63,124 bases of DNA from Acidimicrobiales bacterium (GTDB lineage Bacteria > Actinomycetota > Acidimicrobiia > Acidimicrobiales > CADCSY01), in contig JBBSKG010000001.1 in assembly GCA_038256565.1 (NCBI GenBank), forward strand, positions 1-63,124, written 5' to 3'. The translations under genes and the position numbers were made by a program. Positions 38,107-47,559 of the stretch are shown in pieces. Numbering within the stretch: the first letter of the stretch is position 1; each line of letters starts with the position of its first letter. The notes beneath the pieces were generated by a model. It ran no database searches. It was not told the DNA's origin and saw nothing but the letters and a program-made list of their open reading frames with translations.

Positions 38107-40503
38107 TCAAGAAACCAACCGTTGCAGCAATGAACTCATCGCCAATGGAGCCAGTGGACGGTGCAGATAGAAACCCTGACCTTCATCGCAACCTAACCGA
38201 AGCAGTTCTTCCAATTGGCTACTGTTCTCAATGCCCTCTGCTACAACAACTAGACCGAGCTCATGAGCAAGTTGCACAACCGAGGCCACGATTGCTCGGT
38301 CTGCTGGCCTGTTGGCCACACCATCAATGAAAGAGCTGTCAATCTTCAACTCTGAAAGTGGATAACGAGCCAAATAGGCGAGCGATGACCACCCCTTGCC
38401 AAAATCATCAACTGCAAGACGGAGACCAAGATCAGATAAGGCCGTGACGTTAGCCAACACCTCTGGTGAATCGTTCATAACTACGCCTTCGGTGATCTCA
38501 AGGACCAAGCTCGACGCCGCCAAACCAGTCTCTTGAAGCACCGATTCGACCATTCCGACACAGGCTGGGTTATCAAGCTGTACCGCCGAAAGGTTCACTC
38601 CAACGCGAGGTGCTGCATCACCCATGAACTGCTGCCAGCCTCGGGCCTCGTGACAAGCCTGCGCCAGCACGCTACGGCCCAGCTCCCAGATAAGGCCGGT
38701 TTCTTCTGCCATCGGGATGAACTCATCAGGGTGAATAGCGCCGTGCACGGGGTGCTGCCACCGAGCGAGAGCTTCTACTGAAACAATCACTCCGGTCGCA
38801 AGCGATACCACCGGTTGATAGGCCACTGTGAGGCCTCCCGCTCTCAAGGCATGCCGTAGTTGGGTCTCGGTTTCCATGCGTCGACGAGCCCGCGCTCGAA
38901 GATCTAGATCAAACAATTCATAGCGTGAACGACCAGCCCGCTTCGCTCGATACATCGCCAGGTCAGCATCACGCAACAGGGTGGTTGCTTCTATGGACAA
39001 CACTTCTTCGCTGCTCGCCACCCCAATGCTGCACGAAACGACGAGTTCCTGACTTCCCAACAAAATCGGTTTAGTGAAACCATCCAAAATGGTGCCAGCC
39101 ATATCCATTGCCCTATTGCTTGTGGACCCATGCAATTGAATCGCAAACTCATCAGCACCGATACGGGCAACCATCCCCCCTGAACCAACCAATGCGACCA
39201 AACGCGCTGCTACCGCATCGAGTAATAAATCACCAAGCTTGTGACCTAAACTGTCGTTGATAGTCTTAAAGCGATCAAGATCGCATACCAAGACAGAGGC
39301 AATGCCTTCGTTCAGTGCCCCATCTAGACGCTCAAGAAACCACGCTCGATTAGGAAGCCCAGTGAGGTGATCATGAGACACCTCATAAGCAAGACGATCT
39401 TCTAGGCCCTGGGTCTCTTCCATATGGAGCGACGCCTCAAGCGCAGAGCCAGCCTGTGCCGCCAGAAGTTCAAGGCACTCAACCTCGGCAGGCACAACCT
39501 GACGGACGGCAGTTGTTCCCACCCCGATGACTCCTATCACTTCACCGGTTCTCCAAATTGGAACCCCTATCACAACATGAAAACCCTCGGCACGTAACTC
39601 TTCTGATGCTGGCTCCCAGTCTTGATAATGATCTACCACCACGGTGTGGCCTCTGGTGCGAACCTCACCGACTACCCCAAGATCAGCAATGCGAGAATCA
39701 GATACGTAAGCACTCGGCATTCCAACGTGACGGACAAGGGACCACTCTCCGAGCGGGTCAACCATAAATAAATCGACCGCTTCAAAACCAAGTTTCATTG
39801 CACCCTCAAGTGCAATATCCAGTACTTCTCCGCTCTCTAAGGTTGTCATCGAACGGCTTGTCTCAGCAGTTAGCCTCAACAACTCAGAACGTTTCTCAGC
39901 ATGTAAGGCTTGACGTTTAGCACGTTTCAGCTGACGGTTCGTAAGGTCCCCGAGCAGACCCGTCATGAGTACTACCAGAAAAATCGCCGTAAGTTGGTAA
40001 GTCAAAATGCCAGGTTCAGCACCACGATTTGCCATGTCATTTACACCCATGGAGATCGCGACGTAGGCCGCTCCTGTCGTTAACCACGTGAACATTCCTG
40101 CGCGCAAACCAAAGCGCGCTGAAGCCTCATAAATAGGAATCATCAATAATGCATAACCCGGATGACGTCCCTCATAAATCACCGCACCCAGCATTAGAAG
40201 CGTTGTCATGGCGTCAAGAACGATTTCGACCCTTGCACTGCGAATCAAAGCAACGCGATCTCTGACGCTTCCCATGCGAGAAATAAAATTGGTCAGCAAT
40301 AAAATGATTGCCAGCACAACGCCGATCCAAAACGGACTGAATGGATATTCTTTGCCTTCGGGCGGTATGTAGATGGCAAAGCGAAAGACCACCAGCACCA
40401 CTGCAACGTTGCGTACGGGACGCAACAGGCGTGCTACCTCATCGAGACGTTCTTCGTCCGCCTTTAATTCGGCACCTGATAACCGTGAGTACTCAGTAGT
40501 CAT
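38107..40503 (-). CDS. membrane GAF-GGDEF-EAL protein (degenerate GADEF, canonical EAL; likely c-di-GMP phosphodiesterase)
   Basis: About 6 N-terminal TM helices and a GAF-like segment. RIGADEF replaces GGDEF. VEALARWQHP, DDFGKG and QGF are present. Confidence 0.85.
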   Translation of the reverse strand: MTTEYSRLSGAELKADEERLDEVARLLRPVRNVAVVLVVFRFAIYIPPEGKEYPFSPFWIGVVLAIILLLTNFISRMGSVRDRVALIRSARVEIVLDAMTTLLMLGAVIYEGRHPGYALLMIPIYEASARFGLRAGMFTWLTTGAAYVAISMGVNDMANRGAEPGILTYQLTAIFLVVLMTGLLGDLTNRQLKRAKRQALHAEKRSELLRLTAETSRSMTTLESGEVLDIALEGAMKLGFEAVDLFMVDPLGEWSLVRHVGMPSAYVSDSRIADLGVVGEVRTRGHTVVVDHYQDWEPASEELRAEGFHVVIGVPIWRTGEVIGVIGVGTTAVRQVVPAEVECLELLAAQAGSALEASLHMEETQGLEDRLAYEVSHDHLTGLPNRAWFLERLDGALNEGIASVLVCDLDRFKTINDSLGHKLGDLLLDAVAARLVALVGSGGMVARIGADEFAIQLHGSTSNRAMDMAGTILDGFTKPILLGSQELVVSCSIGVASSEEVLSIEATTLLRDADLAMYRAKRAGRSRYELFDLDLRARARRRMETETQLRHALRAGGLTVAYQPVVSLATGVIVSVEALARWQHPVHGAIHPDEFIPMAEETGLIWELGRSVLAQACHEARGWQQFMGDAAPRVGVNLSAVQLDNPACVGMVESVLQETGLAASSLVLEITEGVVMNDSPEVLANVTALSDLGLRLAVDDFGKGWSSLAYLARYPLSELKIDSSFIDGVANRPADRAIVASVVQLAHELGLVVVAEGIENSSQLEELLRLGCDEGQGFYLHRPLAPLAMSSLLQRLVS

Positions 40504-40596
40504 CGCTTCTAAACAGTGCGATCAGTGTCAATATCAGTGATGAGTGGAAATGCAACTTTGACACATTGAAGAGGCTACAAGATATGCGCTCACTAA

Positions 40597-40696
40597 GGAC
40601 CAGTGACAAAACTACTTGCGCGGCGCTTACATCTTTAACCTTTGTGGTGTATTCACTTTCGGCCTTCGGCCGCGCAAGTAGTTTTGTCTCGGGTCC
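40597..40696 (+). repeat. copy 2 of 100-nt palindromic element
   Basis: Identical to copy 1. Flanked TAA|..|TAG. Lies between the prfB stop (40726) and the start of the GAF-GGDEF-EAL gene (40503). Confidence 0.9.
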
Positions 40697-40725
40697 TAGG
40701 AACGTCCTGGGCTCGACTGACTCTT

Positions 40726-41829
40726 TCATCCGTTCCCACGCTCCCAGCGTAAAAAAGCTTCCATGAAAGAATCAATCTGTCCGTCCAACACTCCGTCGAC
40801 ACTGCCAGTCTCATGATTGGTGCGTAAATCTTTCACCAATTGATACGGCGCTTGTACATAAGATCTGATCTGGTTGCCCATTGCTGCTTGCGATGCTGTT
40901 CCTGAGATCGCTTCCATATCGGCCCTGCGCTGTGCCCTCTGACGATCGACCAGTTTGGCAGCAAGAATCTGCATAGCCCTCGCCTTGTTCTGATGTTGGC
41001 TGCGTTCGTTCTGACAAGAAACCACGATGCCCGAAGGATTATGCGTGATGCGAACTGCCGAGTCGGTCACGTTTACGTGTTGTCCTCCAGCGCCCGACGA
41101 ACGATAAGTGTCGATTCGAAGATCTTTCTCGTCAATCTCAACCTCATCAGAAGCATCTTCAATAAATGGGGTTATATCAATCGAAGCAAAACTCGTTTGG
41201 CGACGCGACGCTGCGTCGAAAGGCGAGATGCGTACTAAGCGATGAACGCCTTGCTCTCCACGCATCCACCCATATGCAAAGCGGCCCTTGACCATAAACG
41301 TTGCCGACAACAGGCCAGCTTCCTTCCCAGCTGAAACCTCGTCGATCTCGGTTGCAAAACCCTTTGTCTCTGCCCAACGCAGATACATACGCAGCATCAT
41401 CTCGGCCCAGTCCTGAGCGTCAGTGCCTCCCTCGCCTGCATGAATTTCACAAATGGCATCGGACTCATCATGTTCGCCAGCAAAAAGCGAACGGAGTTCC
41501 AACTCGTCAAGACGCGTCACAAGCATGGCAACACCTTGTGAAATCTCAGATTCAAGCGTCTCATCACCCTCTTCTCGAGCTAGCTCGTAAAGGGTTTCAA
41601 CGTCTCCAAGCTCGCCGAGCATTTCATCTATCAAAGCAACATCATCACGAACATTCGAAAGTGCCGAGGTCACTCGACGAGCTTCATCTTGGTCGTCCCA
41701 AAGATCTGGACGAGATGCAGCCTCTTCCAATTCCATCAGTCGGACGCGTTGATCAGCAATACGCAAATATTGTTCTGCCTCGCCAATACGTTTTTGGAGT
41801 CCCGCTATTTCGTCAGTGAAGTCCTTCAC
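40726..41829 (-). CDS. prfB: peptide chain release factor 2
   Basis: SPF and GGQHVN motifs. Continuous ORF with no frameshift site. Start trimmed to GTG 41829, 1 nt after the secA stop ([15 protein letters not shown]...). Confidence 0.9.
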   Translation of the reverse strand: MKDFTDEIAGLQKRIGEAEQYLRIADQRVRLMELEEAASRPDLWDDQDEARRVTSALSNVRDDVALIDEMLGELGDVETLYELAREEGDETLESEISQGVAMLVTRLDELELRSLFAGEHDESDAICEIHAGEGGTDAQDWAEMMLRMYLRWAETKGFATEIDEVSAGKEAGLLSATFMVKGRFAYGWMRGEQGVHRLVRISPFDAASRRQTSFASIDITPFIEDASDEVEIDEKDLRIDTYRSSGAGGQHVNVTDSAVRITHNPSGIVVSCQNERSQHQNKARAMQILAAKLVDRQRAQRRADMEAISGTASQAAMGNQIRSYVQAPYQLVKDLRTNHETGSVDGVLDGQIDSFMEAFLRWERGNG

Positions 41830-41830
41830 A

Positions 41831-44551
41831 TTAATTTCCGTGGCAGAGCTTGAATTTTTTGCCACTCCCGCACCAGCATGGATCGTTGCGGCCAACTTTT
41901 TCTTCGGCTGACTTCACAAGAGGCGTATTTACCGATTCTTCCTCAATTTGTTGGAGAATATTCAACGGCTCTCCTGTTGCCTCTGCCTCGGCAACAGCGG
42001 TAGCCAGCATGGAATCTGAGCCCTGAACTGGGTCTTCAGGGGCGCTATAAGTCAGGTTCGTAACCTCTTCGTCTGCTTCCTCGGCTGGAATAACTTCGAG
42101 ATGCATGACGTACTTGACGTAAGAATCGGTCACCACGCCCATCATGGAAGAGAACATGGCAAAGCCTTCATGCTGCCACTCGACCAGTGGGTCTTTCTGG
42201 CCCATCGCCCGAAGATGGATGCCTTCTTGTAAATAGTCCATGTCATAAAGATGCTCACGCCAGTTTGCATCTATCACTCGAAGCATCACTTGGCGCTCTA
42301 TGTCTCTCATGGTCTCAGCGCCAATCGTTGCTTCACGTTGTTCAAATTGCTCAATGGCCTCTGAGGTAAAGGCTTCAACGACAGCGTCAACATCGCCAGT
42401 ATGAGCAAAGTCTTCAACACTAAAACGCGTCGGAAAATACTCGTTGGCCTCGGTTATAAGTCCCTCAAGATCCCAGTCCTCAGGCAGATCAGACACGCAG
42501 GCATTGCGGACGACCCCTTCGAGAGTTTCCTTCAGGCTCGAAACGGTTGCCTCGCGCAAGTCGTCACCTTCAAGCACCTGGTTGCGTCGCCGGTAGATGA
42601 CCTTTCGTTGCTCGTTCATCACCTCGTCATATTTAAGAACGTTCTTTCGAATCTCCGCGTTACGAGCCTCGACCGTGCTTTGAGCACGCTCAATGGCACG
42701 GTTAACCATCTTTGCCTCAATAGGCACATCATCAGGAAGGGTCTTGCCCATAACCCAACTCATGGCACCTGTAGCAAACAATCGCATGAGTTCATCTTCA
42801 AGAGACAAATAGAAACGGCTTTCGCCAGGGTCACCTTGGCGCCCTGATCGGCCTCGAAGCTGGTTGTCAATGCGACGACTCTCGTGGCGCTCAGTGCCAA
42901 GCACATAGAGACCACCAAGTTCACGAACCTTGTCGCCCTCGGAGCGACATTCCTGTTGGAACCTATCTAGCAACTTGGCGTAGAGCACTTGGCCTTCTTC
43001 TGTTTCAAACTCAACGCTCTGAGCAGCAACTTCACGAGCTGCCAGACCTTCCGGGTTACCACCAAGAAGAATGTCGACACCTCGACCTGCCATGTTCGTA
43101 GCGACCGTAACGCCCTTGAGTCGTCCTGCTTGGGTTACGATCTCGGCTTCGCGCGTGTGTTGTTTAGCGTTGAGCACTTCATGAATAATGCCCCGACGAG
43201 TTAGAAACTGAGAGAGTCGCTCAGACTTCTCGACCGAGACAGTACCAACCAATACTGGCTGGCCCCGATCGTTATGTTCAGCAATGTCTTCAACCACTGC
43301 ATTGAACTTGGCGTCTTCAGTCATATAAATAAGGTCGCCGTTGTCAACACGAGCAGGTGCCCTATTTGTAGGAATCGGCACAACCGCAAGGTTGTATGTG
43401 CTTGAGAACTCAGCAGCTTCAGTCTGGGCCGTACCAGTCATGCCAGAGAGCTTGCCGTAAAGACGGAAGTAATTTTGAAGGGTGATTGTGGCCAGCGTCT
43501 GGTTTTCTTCCTTGATCTTGACGCCTTCTTTTGCCTCAACTGCCTGGTGAAGACCCTCAGACCAACGCCGACCATCAAGAATACGCCCAGTGAACTCATC
43601 GACGATCTTTACTTCGCCGTCTGCGATCAAATAGTCACGATCACGTTTATAAAGTTCCTTAGCTCGCAGGGCTGCTTGCAATTGGTGCACAAGGTTTTGC
43701 GAAAGCTCGTCATAGAGGTTCTCTACCCCAAGAGCTTGTTCGACCTTGGCAATACCCGAGTCAAGAGGGGCAACATGGCGTTTCTCTTCATCGACGTCAT
43801 AGTCAACATCGCGTTCAAGACCTCGAACCAGACCAGCAAACTTGTAATAAAGCTGAGCCGCATCTGCCAAGCGTCCGCTGATAATCAACGGCGTACGGGC
43901 CTCGTCGATGAGGATGGAGTCGACCTCATCAACGATGGCAAACCCGTGACCACGTTGAACTTTGGCTTCAAGGCTCAAAGCCATGTTGTCGCGGAGGTAG
44001 TCAAAGCCAAACTCGTTATTTATTCCATAGGTCACGTCGCACGCATAAGCAGCACGCTTTTCATCTGAAGTGGTGATCTCAGGAATCACAAGTCCTACGC
44101 TTATTCCCAGCCAGCGATGTATTTGACCCATCCAAGCAGCGTCACGCTTGGCTAAATAGTCGTTGACGGTGATGAGATGAACACCCTTGCCAGCAAGACC
44201 GTTTAGATAGGCCGGAAGCGTTGAAACCAGCGTCTTTCCCTCACCGGTCTTCATCTCGGCAATCCAACCAAAATGAAGAGCAGCCCCACCCATGAGCTGT
44301 ACGTCATAGTGACGCTGTCCAATGGTGCGTTGTGCCGCCTCGCGGGTTACAGCGAAGGCTTCTAGTAACAAGTCGTCGAGGTCTTCGCCGTTGTCGAGAC
44401 GCTGGCGGAACTCGCCCGTCTTGGCTCGCAGCGCCTCATCAGACAAGGTACTCATCTCGGCCTCAAGAGCGTTGATATCTGGGACAAGGCTCGCAACGGC
44501 CTTGACCCGACGGCCTTCACCAATACGCAAGATTCGATCTAGTGGTCCCAC
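41831..44551 (-). CDS. secA: preprotein translocase ATPase SecA
   Basis: [11 protein letters not shown]-terminus, MKTGEGKTL Walker [20 protein letters not shown], and a C-terminal zinc finger [14 protein letters not shown]. Start trimmed to GTG 44551. Confidence 0.9.
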   Translation of the reverse strand: MGPLDRILRIGEGRRVKAVASLVPDINALEAEMSTLSDEALRAKTGEFRQRLDNGEDLDDLLLEAFAVTREAAQRTIGQRHYDVQLMGGAALHFGWIAEMKTGEGKTLVSTLPAYLNGLAGKGVHLITVNDYLAKRDAAWMGQIHRWLGISVGLVIPEITTSDEKRAAYACDVTYGINNEFGFDYLRDNMALSLEAKVQRGHGFAIVDEVDSILIDEARTPLIISGRLADAAQLYYKFAGLVRGLERDVDYDVDEEKRHVAPLDSGIAKVEQALGVENLYDELSQNLVHQLQAALRAKELYKRDRDYLIADGEVKIVDEFTGRILDGRRWSEGLHQAVEAKEGVKIKEENQTLATITLQNYFRLYGKLSGMTGTAQTEAAEFSSTYNLAVVPIPTNRAPARVDNGDLIYMTEDAKFNAVVEDIAEHNDRGQPVLVGTVSVEKSERLSQFLTRRGIIHEVLNAKQHTREAEIVTQAGRLKGVTVATNMAGRGVDILLGGNPEGLAAREVAAQSVEFETEEGQVLYAKLLDRFQQECRSEGDKVRELGGLYVLGTERHESRRIDNQLRGRSGRQGDPGESRFYLSLEDELMRLFATGAMSWVMGKTLPDDVPIEAKMVNRAIERAQSTVEARNAEIRKNVLKYDEVMNEQRKVIYRRRNQVLEGDDLREATVSSLKETLEGVVRNACVSDLPEDWDLEGLITEANEYFPTRFSVEDFAHTGDVDAVVEAFTSEAIEQFEQREATIGAETMRDIERQVMLRVIDANWREHLYDMDYLQEGIHLRAMGQKDPLVEWQHEGFAMFSSMMGVVTDSYVKYVMHLEVIPAEEADEEVTNLTYSAPEDPVQGSDSMLATAVAEAEATGEPLNILQQIEEESVNTPLVKSAEEKVGRNDPCWCGSGKKFKLCHGN

Positions 44552-44623
44552 GAAAAGAAGTCTACTGGTGAAGAGCCCCAGCCTTGGACGCAACAACTGG
44601 TCTAGGCCAGACGAGCGCGTTAA

Positions 44624-44722
44624 GGACCAGTGACAAAACTACTTGCGCGGCGCTTACATGTTTAACCTTTGTGGTGTATTCACTTCGGCCTCCGGCCGCG
44701 CAAGTAGTTTTGTCTCGGGTTC
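44624..44722 (+). repeat. copy 3 of the palindromic element (99 nt, 1-nt deletion in core)
   Basis: Has the same 28-nt arms. The last arm ends GGGTTC. Flanked TAA|..|TAG. Its last base is shared with the response-regulator stop codon (44722-44724). Confidence 0.9.
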
Positions 44723-45405
44723 TAGGCGTCGGTGTCGAGCAATTTCTCCCGCATGGCAAACATAACGGCTTCAGTGCGAGAGTGCAGATGGAGCTTCTCC
44801 AAAATATTTCGCACATGATTCTTGGCCGTGTTTTGCGTGATTCCCAATTTCTCGCCGATCTCGCGATTAGTACAACCTCGCGCCACGAGTTTTAAAACCT
44901 CGAGCTCACGCTCAGTCAGATGCGGTCGTTCAGGTGACCAACCGTCAGACTCACGAGAAAGACTGGCAAACTCAACTATCAGCTTGGACGCCATAGAAGG
45001 AGTGATAAGTGTTTGTCCGTCCATAAGCGCATGTACTGCCTCGGCAACCTCGCCGATTGATATTTCTTTTAGCAAATAACCGTGAGCCCCAGCCTTAATA
45101 GCCTTGAACAGGTCGTCTTCTTCATCGCTAACGGTCAGCATAATTACCCGAGTCGTAGGTGCCGATGCGCCAATCAGACGGGTCGCTTCGATGCCATTCA
45201 TCTTTGGCATGCGAACATCCATAAGCACGACGTCGGGCATTAACTCCTGAGTCAAACTCACGGCAGCCTCGCCGTCACCGGCTTCACCTACAACCTCTAT
45301 ATCGTCCTCGCTCTCAAGAACGAGGACGAGTCCACGGCGAAACAACTCATGGTCGTCCACAATGAGCACCCTGATTGGTTCAGTTGGCTCTCGGTTATCA
45401 GCCAT
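44722..45405 (-). CDS. NarL/FixJ (LuxR-type HTH) response regulator
   Basis: Receiver domain (VLIVDDH...DVVLMDVRMP...K) plus a C-terminal LuxR HTH (LTERELEVLKLVARGCTNREIGEKLGITQNTAKNHV). Confidence 0.85.
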   Translation of the reverse strand: MADNREPTEPIRVLIVDDHELFRRGLVLVLESEDDIEVVGEAGDGEAAVSLTQELMPDVVLMDVRMPKMNGIEATRLIGASAPTTRVIMLTVSDEEDDLFKAIKAGAHGYLLKEISIGEVAEAVHALMDGQTLITPSMASKLIVEFASLSRESDGWSPERPHLTERELEVLKLVARGCTNREIGEKLGITQNTAKNHVRNILEKLHLHSRTEAVMFAMREKLLDTDA

Positions 45406-45413
45406 TATTTTGT

Positions 45414-46043
45414 TTAACCCGCTTCGTCGATAAGCCCTACATTGCCATCGTGACGGACATAAATCACGGCAGCTCGGTCAGTTGCGGAATTCGAAAAGAA
45501 GTAAAAACCGTGTCCTAACAGTTCCATCTTTTCAGCAGCCTCATCTGGTGTCATCGGCTCCATAGCAAAGGACTTGACCTTTACGATGACCGAACCCTGA
45601 GAACTGACCGTTGATTGATGCGTATTCGCAGTATCTCGTTCATCCTCAGTCACGTCAGATAAGTGATTTGTATTCGCTAGGGCAAAATCAAGGAAGTCAG
45701 GCTCGCCAGCAAGCACGGCCTCGCGGGGACGAGAATGAGAACGTGTGACGAGCTTTGTTTTTACCTTGTGAAGCTGGTGTTCGAGCTTTGCAACAACACC
45801 ATCGACCGCCGCATATGGGTCGCCAGCGGCAACCTTTGCCCGAAGATGGTGACCATGGCCCTCAACTGTCACCTCGCAGATGTCTTTCTCTGCAATGCGG
45901 GGGTTTTTCTCTTCGAAGAAATGAACCTCAGCTCGTTCGATTCCCTCCAAAACACGACTAAGTCGCCCAATCTTTTCCTCGGTTGTAGAACGTAAAGCCT
46001 CAGTCAGCTCAATGTTGCGGCTGCTCACGGTGATGTCCATCAC
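45414..46043 (-). CDS. hpf: ribosome hibernation promoting factor, long form
   Basis: N-terminal S30AE/YfiA domain (ITVSSRNIELTEALR...) and a C-terminal dimerisation domain (PMTPDEAAEKMELLGHGFYFFSN). Confidence 0.85.
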   Translation of the reverse strand: MMDITVSSRNIELTEALRSTTEEKIGRLSRVLEGIERAEVHFFEEKNPRIAEKDICEVTVEGHGHHLRAKVAAGDPYAAVDGVVAKLEHQLHKVKTKLVTRSHSRPREAVLAGEPDFLDFALANTNHLSDVTEDERDTANTHQSTVSSQGSVIVKVKSFAMEPMTPDEAAEKMELLGHGFYFFSNSATDRAAVIYVRHDGNVGLIDEAG

Positions 46044-46380
46044 GTCCTCCTAATGGTTGGTTTCAATTAACAAATTCGTTGCGTACGGCTGACCTGGTCT
46101 TTGACCCCACACTCGCCCGCTGAGGAAATAGCACAAGACAGTGTTGGCGGTTATCGAAGACAACCCAGCAACGCTGTGACCTCGCACGTTTTCCTTCTCG
46201 CACCCAAACCGCCAATCGGCTTGTGGCACGGCAGGACTTACATCTAAGCCGCACCATGCTCGGCGACCACAGGTCGCCTTACGTGGGTCGTTTCGCCTGC
46301 GACTGGCATCGACTTTCAACCACAGACCCGTACGCAACATGACCAATGATAAGCCATTTCGTTCGACAATTGTCGGGGAA

Positions 46381-46480
46381 GGACCCGAGACAAAACTACT
46401 TGTGCGGCCGAAAGCCAAAAAAGAATACACCACAAAGGTTAAACATGTAAGCGCCGCGCAAGTAGTTTTGTCACTGGTCC
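46381..46480 (-). repeat. copy 4 of the palindromic element (inverted orientation)
   Basis: Its reverse complement matches the consensus, except for the variable core hairpin (TTTTTTGGCTTTCGGCC) and one arm mismatch. Flanked TTA|..|TTC in element orientation. Confidence 0.9.
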
Positions 46481-46550
46481 TAATCACTCTGCTCTTTGTG
46501 CATCGACTCTTTGAGCATCGACACACCTGCCTGGTCCCTTGAGCCAGTTG

Positions 46551-47159
46551 TTACTTGTACTGAATAACTCGTGGCGTTCGTGCGGCACTTAACAACGCCA
46601 CGAAGTGCGCTCCGCCATCTCGTAATGCACCAGCTGCTGCAGCTGCACTGGTCCCACTGGTCATGACGTCATCAACTAACAAGATGCGGCTGGGACAACG
46701 ACCCAAAGCCGTAATAGGCGGACCAATTCTTCTAGATGCCAGATTTCGCCCAGTTTGAGCAGGACCAGGGTGATGGGTAAGCAAGCCTTTACTTGGAAGT
46801 GACAACTCTTTGGCCACCGCCTTGGCCAACAACTCCGCTTGATCGAAACCCCGTTTCCGTCTACGTCTTGAGGTTGTTGGAACCCACGTAACGACCTGAA
46901 AGTTGCCTGCCGTCGATGACGCAACAAGATTGGCCATTGCACGGCCCAGTCCAGGCACGACCGCTCGATTGTTGCCGTACTTCATCGCAGTGATAAGTCG
47001 CCTTGTGTGCCCTTCGTAAGAAAAAAGCGACCAGGCTACGTCTACACCCCGAGGTGGTGGTGCCGGAGGGGCTGGTTTCAACAAGTGCAGGCAGCCCCCA
47101 CACGGCACCTGACCACGACTTCCACAAACAGGACATGTCAACGCCAAGAACATCTTCAC
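46551..47159 (-). CDS. comF: ComF family protein (phosphoribosyltransferase fold with N-terminal Cys4)
   Basis: CPVCGS...CGGC zinc-ribbon and a PRT motif ILLVDDVMTSGTS. Confidence 0.75.
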   Translation of the reverse strand: MKMFLALTCPVCGSRGQVPCGGCLHLLKPAPPAPPPRGVDVAWSLFSYEGHTRRLITAMKYGNNRAVVPGLGRAMANLVASSTAGNFQVVTWVPTTSRRRRKRGFDQAELLAKAVAKELSLPSKGLLTHHPGPAQTGRNLASRRIGPPITALGRCPSRILLVDDVMTSGTSAAAAAGALRDGGAHFVALLSAARTPRVIQYK

Positions 47160-47231
47160 AACCCTATTTACAGGCTATGACACCAGCCGTCTGGAACTCA
47201 ATCACTATCGAGTTCTGAAAGATGTTGCGTA

Positions 47232-47331
47232 GGACCCGAGACAAAACTACTTGCGCGGCCAAAGGCCGAAAGTGAATACACCACAAAGGTTAAACATGTA
47301 AGCGCCGCGCAAGTAGTTTTGTCACTGGTGC
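47232..47331 (-). repeat. copy 5 of the palindromic element (inverted orientation)
   Basis: Its reverse complement matches the consensus (first arm GCACC instead of GGACC). Flanked by the direct trinucleotide TAC|..|TAC. Confidence 0.9.
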
Positions 47332-47352
47332 GTAGCGAGATAGCGTGGCGAG

Positions 47353-47550
47353 ATGACAGCGCAAACCATTTCGCCTGAAACTTCCTCCCCCGCCTCATCT
47401 TCTTCTGACACTCGCCGAGCCTGGGTCACGTTCTTGGTGCTTGCGGCTCTACTGGCCCTCACGGTTTCCTTCTACGCTTTCACCACCACCAACACACCGG
47501 CAAGCGTCGACGGCACCTCCGTTACGTCAAGCAGCGCCACCCAGAAGTAA
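47353..47550 (+). CDS. hypothetical small Ser/Thr-rich single-pass membrane protein
   Basis: 65-aa ORF with one clear hydrophobic helix (AWVTFLVLAALLALTVSFYAF). No family recognised. Confidence 0.3.
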   Translation: MTAQTISPETSSPASSSSDTRRAWVTFLVLAALLALTVSFYAFTTTNTPASVDGTSVTSSSATQK

Positions 47551-47559
47551 GCCCAGGGG

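Noticed and set aside
40726-41895. Programmed +1 frameshift in prfB (RF2), as in many bacteria
   Set aside because: The RF2 reading frame is continuous from a GTG at 41829 through SPF and GGQ. There is no in-frame UGA or CUU-UGA slippery site near codon 25. The extra N-terminal 22 codons in the ORF track overlap the end of secA and are not needed.
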